Origin: Azolla caroliniana
Taxonomy: Eukaryota; Plantae; Polypodiophyta
Direction of reading: 5' to 3'
NCBI GenBank assembly: GCA_043228905.1
Contig: JBHGNT010000003.1
Coordinates: forward strand, 19,034,001-19,098,000
DNA length: 64,000 bases
The position numbers and the translations under genes were made by a program. Shown piece after piece: positions 13,801 to 26,239 of the stretch (position 1 is its first letter; every line of letters starts with the position of its first letter). Below the pieces are notes generated by a model. That model made no database searches and was not told the DNA's origin. It worked only from the letters and a program-made list of their open reading frames with translations.

Positions 13801-15509
13801 ACTCACCTCCCACCCACCCTTCGTTGTAGGCCACAGGGTTCGACTCGTATTGGTTGGTGATGAAGGGCACTAGTTTATAGCTATAGGTACCTACTTACAT
13901 TAGATAGTCAATTTGAAAGGATATGTACATAGTCTTATATTATTGGACTCGGCCAGAGCGTGATTCCGTAATTTATGTATAAGCCACCTTGCATAGTCTT
14001 TATGTAATAACCTCTACTAGAACTACTGGGAAAGTAGCTTCTTTTTGGAAAATAAAAACTCACAAAACAACTATTTATTTGACATGCATTTTCTCCATTA
14101 TATATTGTTAGGAATGTTTGCATTTGTTTAGACATGCATAGAATAATTATGATAGTTAGGATTTACTCTTTTCTTTTTTTCAACCAGGAGACATCCACAT
14201 GGACATCACATTAATACATCAAGCTTTTGGACAATGAAACACACATACATTTCACTTCAGTTACTAATTAGTCTTGTTTTGAGCTAAAGCGCAAATTCTC
14301 TTTATGGTCTTGTATTGATGAATGAGAATACATTATGATTTTTCATAATTACCAATGCTCCATCCCAATCAAACCTTACTCTACTAAGTTGTAATGATAA
14401 CATTGCATAAGGAGTTGTTCTACAAATATTTTGGCCAAAAACAGTGTAAGATCTTAAAAGAAATAATATTCTTAAAGAGAGTCAATGTGAATCCTTAACG
14501 ACTTTAGATAGGCATACCACATATATTTTATATGCATTACTTCTTTTCTTTTTTATAAAACGATAATTCCCATTAGTTAGGTAGAGTATCTTTACACTCC
14601 AATATGTACAACAGAAATGCAATCATAGATATTCAACCACATTACCCCAATATGTGTTTATCATCCTGAAGTATGTAAAATTTCAGAAAAATACCATATA
14701 CCTTCCTGGTTGGACTGTCAAGGTGGATATAACCATTTTGGCGTGGTGTAACATGACCACTTTGGCATGCCATCTACATAATTCACCATGGGCGAATCTG
14801 ACCATGATTTTTGAAAGGAAAGTCTCGCAACTTCCCGTCTAAAGATCCTTCCAACTCTTCATATTCAGCTCATATATTCGTAATCAGATCATACCATAGA
14901 GTAGTAATTGTCTCTTTTGGTTGACTTTCTTCTCCCACTAAACCTTCTTTGTGTTACGGAAACACCATGGACTACGACGGAGCACAAATGACGAGGCTAC
15001 GATGAATAAGGCTACCAACATGGAAGTAGAAGTGGGAAGGCTAGGAACTCTAGAAGTTGGGAGTGATGAGACTATAAACTTAGGAAGGTTAAGATTAACC
15101 GGAGAGCATGAAGACAAAGATGAAAAAGGAGACAAGATGGAATGGAACAAGAATTCTAGATTGATGTGTCAATGACTAGTGTTGAATCCCTTGGAAGGGA
15201 CCAAGGAGGTAAGTACATATTAGAATATTCTAGAGAATATTCTAGAACCCTCTAGAACCTTCTAGTCGTAGAACTTTCTAGAGGTATGACTAGAGAGTAT
15301 TCCTAGATCAAGTACCTTATATACAAATACATGCTCGTATCAAGATGGTTGAGCATGACATCTTGTTGACGTGAGGTTGCAAGTTCAATCCTCACGAACT
15401 ATGTACTTTATGACACTGTATCATGATGACATTATCCTCCCCTTTACGACAGCCTTTTCGAAAGTGTGGTGTAGGGGTGAGCTAAAAGAGAAAACCAAAG
15501 TAGATTGAT

Positions 15510-15790
15510 GAGTGAGCGACCATGAGCAGTCCTCACCAAAAATAGGAACACGAGTGAACGTGAGCAACCATGTTTGGTCCTAACCGGGAATTCGAGCACC
15601 AATGGGCATGGCCAAGCAAGTGTGGTCCTCACCAAAGACTAGAACACCAACAGACATGAGAGACCATGTGGGGTTTAGGGTTTAGGGTTTAGGGAACGTG
15701 AGCAACCATGTGCGGTCCTCACAGGAAACCAGAACACCAACAAGCGTGAGCGACCATGTACGTTCCTCACTAGGAACTTGAACCCAAATA
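15510..15790. repeat. Degenerate tandem repeat (unit roughly 50 bp) interrupted by (TTTAGGG)3 at 15674-15694
   Basis: Recurring gagc.accatg...gtcctcac...gaacacc units. Three perfect plant telomere repeats replace part of one unit. Confidence 0.8.
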
Positions 15791-16299
15791 GGTGAAGGAG
15801 TGCAAGTGAAGTGGTCAACTCGACTTCTTCTATCATGAGAGGGTAAATAGTCGAGGCTAACCCAAAACACGACACAAATAGTAGCATTAGCGAGAAACCG
15901 ACATGATCCTCTCAAGGAAAGTGAGCAGTTGTGACCCCCACCAAAACTAGAAGGTGAACGATCGAAATCGATTCTCGTCAAAGGAAAGTGGACCAAAGTG
16001 AAAATGGAGTGCAAGTGAGAAATGATTCGATCCCCAATAGGAAAGTGAGTGGTTGTAACCCCCATTGGATTTGGGAAGGTGAGCGATCGAAATCAATCCT
16101 TGCTAAAAGCATGATTCAAAATGATACTTGTAGATAATGATGATACTAATTGACCAAGCAATGTAGTGTTGACGACAATGAAGGTTTGGTGAAGTAGCAT
16201 TGATGAAGACAACAAGAGGTGATAAAAATGATGATGTTGAAGACAAAACAATGAAGACAATGATGTTGAGGAAACATCTCTAGAAGCAACGATTTTGAC

Positions 16300-16790
16300 T
16301 ATGACAATGATGTAAACAGAGAAAGAGATGAAGAGGATAAGAAACACAGAGATTGACGCGTTGAGGATCAAGAGAAACACAAAGATAGATATACAGAGGA
16401 TGATAGAAAACGCAAAGATAGGGATGAAGAAGATAGGAAATGTAAAGAAAGGGACGACGATGATAAGAAACATAGAGATAGAGATGAAAATGGTAGGAAA
16501 CACAAGGACAAGGATGACAATGAAAAAAAATGCAGAGATAGGGATGTGAAAGATGATAAGAAACACAGAGATAGAGATGTGGAGGATGAGAGAAGAAACT
16601 AAAAGGCAGAAACAATTATGAGAAAAAACTAAGAGATAGAGATGTGGAGGATGAGAAGAAACTAAAAGACAGAGATGATGATGAGAATCAACTAAGAGAT
16701 AGAGATGTGGAGGATGAGAATAAATCTAAAAGACAGAGATGATGATGAGAAGAAACTGAGAGATAGAGATGTGGAGGATGAGAGAAAATG
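16300..16790. repeat. Purine-rich ~27/57-bp minisatellite
   Basis: Recurring agagatagagatgtggaggatgaga.gaaactaaaagacagagatgatgatgag units. Confidence 0.85.
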
Positions 16791-18129
16791 AAGGGATTCA
16801 AACTGTCACGGACACACCAACCATGGACTACGATAGAGCATGGATGACGAGGCTATGTTCCTCATTAGGCTACAAATGTGGAACTAGAAGTGACAAGGCT
16901 AGGAACTCTAGAAGTTGGGATGAGACTATAAACTTAGGGAGCTAGCATTAACCGGAGAGCATTTAGACAGAGATGAAAAAGGAGACAAGATGGAATGGAA
17001 CAAGCAGACTAGATTGATGTGTTAATGATTGGTGTTGAATCCCTTGAAAGGGACCAAGGAAGTAACAAGTATTTATATTATGAGTTGAAGTACATGCATT
17101 AGAAACACCGGGACATTTGAAATAGGTAATATGTTGTATTCTCATTTTCATGACCGGTTGAGTTGTTACGAATTGTCTAATTTTGTCAAACTTTTAAAGA
17201 AAGGTATGTGCATGATGGATTTCTTAAGTGTAACATTTCATGACAATAAAACCGGTAGTCTTATATTCAGTCAATCACGTTTTTCTACCCAATTCTTTAA
17301 TCGCTAATAACTGAAAATCCATGCAATATTAATTGGATGTATCCTCATTCTACATCTGTGAGTGCATTTCTAGAGGTTCCGAATATGAAAGACATTTAAA
17401 ACAAGGGTTTTTTCGGTTTAGTGTGAAACACATGACACATAACATTTTGTTAGAAACTCTCGCATTCTAGTCATTGTCCAAGCATTACAAACAAATGATT
17501 CCAAGAAAATTGAATGGAGATTAATATGTAAACTTGTTCATTTCTATTAAACTCAAAGTTGCACAACTTATACTTTATGTCTAAAGTCATACTATCTAAC
17601 ATTCCAAGAGAGTCTAAGATCATAAAGTTCCTCTAAATATACTTTTTGTCTAAAGTCACACTACTATCGAAGATTCTTAGAATGTCAAAGTTCAACAACT
17701 ATGATCAAGTCATAGTACTATCGAAGATTCCAAGAGTGACAAAGTTCAACAATTAATATGTAACAATATACATTTAGCAATGATTCAAACAATATATATA
17801 CAAGACTCCAAGAAAGGTTAACGTCAAGAACAGATACAATAAAGAATTGTAAATTTTGCCTTCCTATTGATAGAGTTATGCCTTCCTATTGATTGTTAAA
17901 CACAGACACTATAACATATGTACCAACAATTTATGCATTTATCAAACGATTGACTCATACATGTATCCATATAAAGTTAAGCAACAATATATATACTCTA
18001 GAAATATACGACACAACTTAAATTAACATCAAGCTCGACTATATATTCGAACAAAAGAGTTAAGTACACAAATCATAACTTGCATTACTTAAATCTATGA
18101 GTTCCAAATTCATCATGTTCAATTACATT

Positions 18130-21100
18130 AAGCCATATGCAATAAATTTATCAACAAGTCTAGAATGACGGGCTCTTCTGGACTAGTTGATTGTTGTAGG
18201 TAGTCCTCATTGGCATTTTCAATACACGTAGTCGAATTTAAGATTTGTTCAAACTCTGGTATGTCTTCCAAGTCAACAAGATCCCCTGTTCTTCATCAAT
18301 TGGCTGAACCATTGGTTCTCGGGATGCTCGTTGGAATCTTTTTGTTTCGTTTATATGCTTGGCTCCAACTTCTTGGTCTTGATCTGGACAATCCCATATA
18401 CCTTGGATCTACATTTTGATGAAGTTGACTTGTTCAGAGTCCTCTAGCGCATAGTTCTTGTACATCTTTAGCACACATGTTGTCGTAGTACTTGAAATCA
18501 TAAAGCATGTCTATATTCCCTAGCCTTTAACACAAACCACAATAACGTCCATATACTATAATCCAAACATGTCCATAAAGTTATACACTATACATTTGCT
18601 AGAGAACAAATCTAGCACCTAGTCATTTGGGTTGGAGAAGAGCTCGATCAAGTAGTTGATCAATCTTTGTGGTTTTTGGTAAGGGTTAACTAAACTCTTA
18701 TCGCCGGATATATGGCGCAACTTTTTTGTCATGGCGGGGCACATGATATAATTGACAACACTCCTTTCATTCACATGTGCCCGCACCTTCTTCTTTGTGA
18801 TTGAGTCGTAGTAACGAACACAAATATGCTCAACCGCACTAACCATCCATTCGCCCAGACTACGTGTAATATGTTTTAATCCTGTCAAATTAACACATTC
18901 AATGTTACCAATGTTCAATTCTAATGTTTTTGCAACATATTTAAACAATCTTAATACTATAACTTACCAATGCATATGTTCGGTAGCATGATAACACGAT
19001 TTCAATGCAGTTGTTACATATAAAGATTGACCCATGCTGTGAAACATCACAATTCGCCACAACGGGTGCAAGGGTCAACTCTGCGAAGTCTTTCACCATA
19101 TTTTCTATTTGAGGATATTTGAAAGGCATATCGTCATACATAGATCCCGTGATGCGTAATCCGTATGGAATGTCTATGATTAACAATGTGCAGTGCCTTT
19201 TCAGGAATATGCTAAGCATATTAGCCACTTCCCCGTTGAACACACTATAGTGCAATTGTCGGAAAGGGTCGGCCCTGTGCTAAAAACTTTTAACTACCTC
19301 TGAATCCTCAGGCACATCGAGCTCTTTCCCTTTCATCATCCTCTTCTCGTATTTAGCTCTTTCCAAGTGCGTGATAAACGAACTTGGAATGCCTTCATTT
19401 GTATCACCTGTTTTTCTTCAAACGAGGTGGCTTCTGCAATTATCAACTCTATTAGGAATATTATTATAACAAAAGCACTTAAAACAACACAATACCAAGT
19501 GTTACAACATATCTAAAACTACAATTACACTTACCCATTCTCCAAATACAGTAAATAATTCTTCCAAAGACTTGTACGATGATGTTACTCGGCATGCCTG
19601 TTCAACTTCTTCCCATGTTTGCAGGCATATCTTCTTCATCATCAACTCTTGGATTTTCATGTATACTTTGTCAGTGATGAAATGTATAATTAGTCAAACC
19701 AAGATGATTTCTAAAAAATACCTACTTTTGGAATTCTGTGACCATCTCATCTAACAAAAACTCTTTTGTAGCCACTCGAGAAAGCACATATATTAATAAT
19801 TTGTCATCCTTGATTCCTTGTAACGATTGCCATGGCAAGAGCTTCATATCTTCAAGCAACTCTTCAATAATCAAATCACTCTTCCGTGACTTTGCCTTAT
19901 CTCTACCTGAGGGTCTAATTTGGCCTTCTTTGCCCGTTGACCTTTTATTTCTTGTAAGTCCCAGACCTCGCCAGTTCAAAATGCCAATTGAAACCACGAT
20001 CGTACTTTCTTAAGCCTTCCAATTTCGTGCTTTCGTCGATAGATATCCCAACTTCAAGCAAACATTGTCCGCACAAACCAAGATGGAGCTTGGGACCTTA
20101 TCTTTTCAATGTATCAAGATATTCATAATGAAAGAATCAAATCCTTTCAATACATGACATCGTCTGTCAATAATCATTGTCATTGTTATGGTCCAACCCA
20201 ACAACTTGGCCTCTTCATGCGTAAGTCCGACGTAAACTTTGCATTCAACATACTTGAAGAATGGTGTTAGTGGATACTCCTTCACAAGTTGTCTCCTGGC
20301 TTCAGTTGAATGAGAACCTCCAATGACATAATTGGTGTAATTGTCTGTTGAACTATATTTGAAATCCACAACTGTTGGACATTGGTCAGGGTCGACCATA
20401 ACCAAAAGCACAATAGTTGTATGTGGATTAATTTTCATTTTACTCTTCAAGTTCTTGACGTGCACCGAATTCGGTTCTGTTATTTCAAGCGGTCTTCTCC
20501 ATGTTACGGGGTCTATAGGTGGGTGATGAATAGATGTGATGGGAAGATGGAAGAGTTGACCGTTCCGCACAAGCTTCGTCTTAACAATATTCTCTCAAAT
20601 TTTATTCTATTCAAAAGTACACCAGAGGAGATCTGACCACCTGGAGGGACAACCTCCAGTTCCTCTTCCTCCTCCTGTGAATATTCGAGAAGTTTGACTT
20701 CTTCCTCCTCAGGTTTTTGTCTTTTCTGGTATTTTTTCTGCTCCTGTTTAGATTTTCGAGACTGCTTTGGTGGCTTCTTGTCTTGTTTTGTTATCATTTC
20801 ACCGGTAATATAAGGTCGAAGAGCAACAATTAAATTACTCTTCGTTCGTAGATCTTTTTGAAGAATTTTTGGGTGCCTAAATTCTATAATGAGGTTCTCC
20901 GCCTCCACAAGTACACGCCATGTGCCACCTGAGCTCTCAAAGTCGATATGGATATTCGGTGAATCATTATCCTCATACTCGATATTGCAAACTTTTCCAT
21001 AGGTAAAAGATTTACCTGGCTCTTTCCTTTTCCTTCAGTCTTCGCAAATATGAGGAGTAGAGTTCCATCTTCTTTGACATATACCAAGATCCACTCCAAA

Positions 21101-21192
21101 CTTAAATAATTCTTTATTTTCTGCTCATTCCTCTTTTCTTCTGGAAGCATTATTTTCTTTCCCTTGGTGTTTCCGACGGAAGATTTCAACAT
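18130..21192 (-). pseudogene. Decayed multi-exon gene: ParB/Srx-like domain + helical linker + beta-class N4-cytosine/N6-adenine DNA methyltransferase (N6_N4_Mtase-like)
   Basis: ATG at 21192. ParB-like HVKNLK..M...YVIGGSHSTEARRQL...CKVYVGLTHEEAKLL (YVIGGSHS 20330-20307). MTase motif IV LLIIDIPYG (DIPY 19174-19163), W.K...VSAVEHI, NPYQKPQRLINYLIELFSNPND*VLDLFS (18690-18601), then after a probable intron TTTTCVLKM..N..LEDSEQVNFIKM*I. Several GT-AG introns, stops and frameshifts. The 3' end is approximate. Confidence 0.8.
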
Positions 21193-22005
21193 TTCGTCAC
21201 CTCACTCAAATAATGCTTTCCTCGACTTGTCTTTCAAATTACTCTCCATTTTGACATGCTTTTGCGGAGACTGAATCTTTAATTTGGAGGGAACTTTTTG
21301 TGTCTAAACAAATGTGTTGATAATAAATTACAAATAAATTCCATATGTTTTTTGTCTTTCTTCTATGAACAATTTGCTTCAAGGCAGATGTTAAAATGAG
21401 AAAGAGTTTTGTCCATTTTTAGTAACGTCTTTTTGTTTCTCGAGTGCTGCTTTTCAGATGTCTTTCCATTCAAGTAGAGCTTCTTTGTTTTCTGTTGACC
21501 CTTATGCCTTGTCTAGTAGCTCATATTTCTCAATCGAGGAGTACAATGTTCCAAGTCCAGTAAAGGGTTTGCTTGAATGATCAAATGTTGATAATGATTC
21601 TAGCTCTAACTCACTTTTCTCAATCGATCCTTATAGGAATGTGCCAAATACTGGTTTGCAATGTGCTAGTAGTGAGTTGAATGAATTAGGCATATTGTCA
21701 TTCATTCAAGGGACCTCATAATGGTAGAATCTATAACTTCCTATTAATGATGTAGTCACTCACATTTGTTGGGTATTTTAAAAATAAAATAAAACATTAG
21801 ATCATTATATTACAAGCATTAGCGATATCACCAATGACAACATGGCCATTTCATCACATTGACGAAATCGTACAATTGGTGTGGCATACATTAGATGGAA
21901 GTGGATGAGGATTTTATGATATGATGAATTAGGAGGGGTACTATATTCATTAGTGTAGGAAAGCAAGAATAGTATGTGAAAATCTATAATACATCAAACA
22001 AATCT

Positions 22006-22548
22006 TTAGTAGGGTCTCTGGCCAATGTAATTGCCTGGGGGGTTGTAATTGCAAATGACATATGTTGCACCACGGTTGGAGGCACAAGCACGAGCAACGC
22101 ATCCAACCCGACGTGTCTTGGCCCACACCACTTGGGTGTAGTGGCCACATTCTTTCCCCCAAGCACAAGTGTTTGTCCTATAATTGTAGTATTGCTTCTC
22201 AGATATCCATGATGCTAGAGCTTGGCCAGGTGTTGCTAAGGCTCTAGTGCTAGTCCAATACCAATAGAGGTTCTCACCATAGGGCCCATTGGAATGGCGC
22301 AGGTTACCAGAGCAACCAGCTCCAACCCTATCTTGGTTTGCGGCATATTTGGCGGCGAACGTTGCCAATGTGTTGTCCCATATTAGCAATGGAACACCTA
22401 ATCTTCGCCTCTCTACATTATGTGCGCTTAGGAACTTGTCTCTTTGTGTTTGAGCTATGCTATTGATGGAACAATTCATCAACACTAATGGCAGAATGAG
22501 AAGTGCATACTTAATTAAGTTATGTTGCAACATTTGGTTTGTCATCAT
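22006..22548 (-). CDS. PR1: Pathogenesis-related protein 1 (CAP/SCP domain), intronless, secreted
   Basis: Signal-peptide-like N-terminus, FLSAHNVER, LIWDNTLA, HSNGPYGENL, CGHYTQVVW, VGC, ICNYNPPGNYIGQRPY*. First ATG at 22548 (alternative at 22533); the ORF-track start at 22572 is a TTG. Confidence 0.95.
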   Translation of the reverse strand: MMTNQMLQHNLIKYALLILPLVLMNCSINSIAQTQRDKFLSAHNVERRRLGVPLLIWDNTLATFAAKYAANQDRVGAGCSGNLRHSNGPYGENLYWYWTSTRALATPGQALASWISEKQYYNYRTNTCAWGKECGHYTQVVWAKTRRVGCVARACASNRGATYVICNYNPPGNYIGQRPY

Positions 22549-22672
22549 ATTAAGTGGTTGTTCAGTATTCAACTAAAACTATAAGTGGATGCTACCAAGT
22601 GTATCTGATTACCTTCTGTGTGTAATGTGTATGTGTATGTGCGTTTGTTTGCCTTTGTGGATAGTATGGATC

Positions 22673-22716
22673 TATATATAATGTCATGAAAGTACATCAA
22701 TAGATTTTAAAGTCAA
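22673..22716 (-). promoter_or_regulatory. Putative PR-1 core promoter: TATA box (22681-22673) and W-box TTGACT (22716-22711)
   Basis: TTATATATA lies ~130 bp upstream of the ATG with a WRKY consensus 30 bp further upstream. These are short motifs, so chance occurrence is possible. Confidence 0.4.
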
Positions 22717-23669
22717 AGGTGGTCGATGCGACAATCAGACAAAATTGCATCCAATGCATTAAATTGCATGTCCAATAGATTATAATGCACATTCAGAAAG
22801 CCTTGCATATGCAATTATAGCATTAAGGGGGCCATGTTTTGCAATTATGGAGTAGCATTAATCCTAAAATCATGTGGCCACACGCTTTCTAACAAACACG
22901 ATGTCGCGTAATCATCATAATTGAAAATAGTATTTCTAAGTGTAAACACTTCATTATATTTTTAATTGAAGATTGAAAAAACATGGATAGAGAAAGTATA
23001 CATGGATAGGGAGGGATCTTAACATCAAATAAACATAATTTATTTCAACACACAATTTCACTTATAGTATATGTACTTCATTTATGATAATCCTCGTATG
23101 GTATTTATATCATATTTTTTATGCAATTTTTTTAATACACATTCTTTAGAATTTCCAATACATACTTCATTGGTGTTTTCAACGGCTCTTAAGAAAGAGG
23201 CTTTGGTTTGAGTGTAGGCAAACTTTTTTTTAATACTTTATTCAACATAAAAAGACCTTCCAATAAATATTAATGGTTCTAATGCAAGAAATAGTGAAGA
23301 CAACCTTATTGTATGTTTGCAATGGGATCCTGGAAATTCGGTTCACCCTTGAGCATTTGTCCTTATCTTCGGGCTTTGGCACTTGATTTTGGCCTTCGTG
23401 TGTCTACCCTCAATCACACACACAAGTTAGTGGTTGTCACAATACCTTTGCCAAATATTAATAGCTCTTCTCTATGTAGCTCTTCTATTTCTAGTGACTT
23501 GGGCATGCAAAGACATTAAACCATGACTCCATTTCAAGCCTATTGTAATTAAAATATTTCACTAAACTATACCATAATCATTGAATGGATCATGCATTTT
23601 ATCCCAAGGAAACATTTACTAATATAAGGTTTAGGGGTACGACAATTATAACTAAGCGCATGATTCCGG

Positions 23670-23980
23670 CCATCGCACATTTTTACTAAACCAAGGGATA
23701 CTCTATATTTAATGCAAGACATGCTATGAAGTCTATACATGGGTCACAAACCCACCTTGATTTATTGAATGATCTTAGACATGGCATGAAGCTTATATGT
23801 GGGTTGTGAACCTACCTTGATTCCAACCATCACACTTTGTAAAGCAAGGGCTACTCTATTTCTAGTGAAAAGACGTGCTACGAAGTCTATACATGGGTCA
23901 CAAACCTACTTTGATTTATCGAATGATCTTAGACGTGGCATGAAGTTTATACATGGGATGTGACCCTACCTTGACTTCTC
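23670..23980. repeat. ~155-bp tandem duplication built from ~60-bp subunits
   Basis: agac.tgcta.gaagtctatacatgggtcacaaacc.ac.ttgatttat.gaatgatcttagac.tggcatgaag occurs twice. Confidence 0.8.
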
Positions 23981-26239
23981 TAGTGATCTTATGGACTTTT
24001 AAAACAATGTCATGTAAAAAATTGCATAATTGCGGCATTTTGATTTTGAAACAAGATACTATAAGCTAAAACGGGATGTGCCTTATACATTTTCAATGGT
24101 AAGTACACAAAAATTTAAAAAATAAGTATAGATATACATATGGGTGTGTACACCATAGAGTATTCATATTCCACATGATCTTCGCTCCAATGGAGGAAAA
24201 AAGTGTGTATAGAGTAGGATGATTGTATGAAATATTGTACTTATATTAGATAAATGGTGAATCTACACATTTTATTATAATTTTATAAACATTTGGGGTA
24301 CATCCTCTAAAATTTATTAGAATATTTCATACAGAAAAAACAATTTTCCTTAGTATGTATTTTTTTTTCAAGAGTACGAAAACTCTATTGAAAACCACAT
24401 TGAAAGCATTATTCCTAGCAACACCATCTCCACATAAGACTCTTAGTTCATGATGTCTTTATTGAATCTTCCTATATAAAACATGTAGTGTTTAATTTAT
24501 ACACACCTGCTTAGTATTTCACCTCTTAGACTTGAAAACAATTGTGAGTCGTGACCCACGTATGATTGCAACACATCTCGTTTTATTTTTCCATTATATG
24601 AAATAATGATGAGAAATTATTAAAACCCCACGAAGGGTGGTATGATTGGAGGAGTTAAAAGATTTTCCTACGAGTCATTTTCTAGAATTTCAGTACTTTA
24701 ACTTGAGGTCCTTTTGTAGGAGTTTAATTGACGATAATTGGTTTGTACTCAAGCTTCAATCCGCGTTTGTCACCACATAATAACAACAATTAAATAAATC
24801 CCCAAAATAATAGTATGAAATAAATAACTAGATTCCATATTGGTGTTGAAACTTAATCATGAGTACAACTTTTCGTCACGCGCCACCATTATATCGCCAA
24901 TGATCATTGCCAAAAAAGTCCTTGAGTTTTGTATCAATAATATATGTATAAAAGAGAGGATTTATCATGCTTCCTATCAAAATGTTCCCAAAATGTAGCA
25001 TTTCATATGGAGACTTTTTACAAAATACATACTTTGGGCTCTCTCATCGACACTTAAGAAAACCACAATGTCAAGACTAAATGTCCCTTGAAATCAATAT
25101 AATCATCAACATTGATAAATTTGAGCACAATCGCATTGTTTTGTCTTTCTTCTAAAATGCTACAAGTCCTAAAAGCTATAGCTCCCATTGCATATTAAAT
25201 ACAAAGACCAAGGATACAACAACTTTGAGATGGTTAAAAAACAAAGTTTGCATTGATATCAATGTTTGCTTTACGGTAATATATTTTGAAAGGATTCAAA
25301 AACCTACTTACCTAAACCCTCAAACGTAAAAACATTGTCTTATAGATCATAGATGAGAGGTCATATATTTTGTATCTATTTTGGAAAAAAATAAAATATT
25401 TTGTATCTTATTCAACTTGAAAGATGCAATATGTTGATTCCATGCTAAAGCATGTTTTTTCTCCACACTAAAGTTGTTAGTTCAAGATTTGCATGATGTG
25501 TTTCATGTTCTATTTATTTTCGAAACTCTTCCTAAATTGAGCTTGATGTTGGAACTTGGCATTCACATGTCTTCTTCAAAATAAGGATCAATACCGTTAT
25601 GTTCACAAGATAAGGTTATCAAATTAGTGAGTATTGCATGGAGCTAAACCTACTTTGGCAACATATACCTTTGCCAAGGTTGCCAACTTCTTGTACTTCC
25701 CTCACCTGATCCTTGCCTCTTTGTCTAACGTCCTCCCTCTATAATTTTGTTATGTTGGTATATATAAATGGAGTAGACTTCCCACAATTAAGCTATACCT
25801 AAAGAAATACCTACTCTAATAACACTTACTTTCGAATATCCTAGAGAAATGAAGTGCACTATCGAAAAAATCAAATTGTTTGAAATTTCAAGAAAAATAG
25901 AAAACAAAGCTAATGTTTTAGGACATGTGGAGTTCATGAATAGAAGTTTATTGGTAACATTGAAGAACTAGAAAACCGTATCTGAAAAATGTTCAACACA
26001 CTAATGACTGTAATAATATCCGTACTCTATTTTCTAGTGACAAACTAAAAAACGAAAGTAATAAATACAGGCCACCAATACAAATCATACAAACATAGTT
26101 TATTTGCAATAGTTTGCATTGAACAAGTACTCTTCTAATATCTTAGGTTGACAGGAAGAACATAAAAGAGGCGGATGGGGTTTGGGTAGTCTGTGGACTG
26201 ACAAGGGTGAGATGGTGGATGCGAAAATTGAAGCATTTT

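Larger units (their letters stand above)
14952..17090 (-). mobile_element. Old non-coding LTR element (TRIM/LARD-like): LTR 14952-15431, PPT 15432-15446, second partial LTR copy from 16804
   Basis: 14952-15210 is a diverged direct repeat of 16804-17065. The first copy has TGT...ACA ends and is adjoined by TAAAGGGGAGGATAA on the minus strand. The internal region is tandem repeats only. No PBS or TSD identified. Confidence 0.7.

Noticed and set aside
16093-16615. 157-aa hydrophobic ORF resembling a membrane protein, and overlapping ORFs
   Set aside because: They are translations of a purine-rich minisatellite with no real domain.
21666-21674. CACTA terminal inverted repeat as a defined element boundary
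   Set aside because: No matching left TIR or 3-bp TSD found, so it is kept only as a hypothesis.
24500-25800. Possible very old Copia gag/RT debris
   Set aside because: Only faint fragmentary similarity; boundaries and identity cannot be supported.
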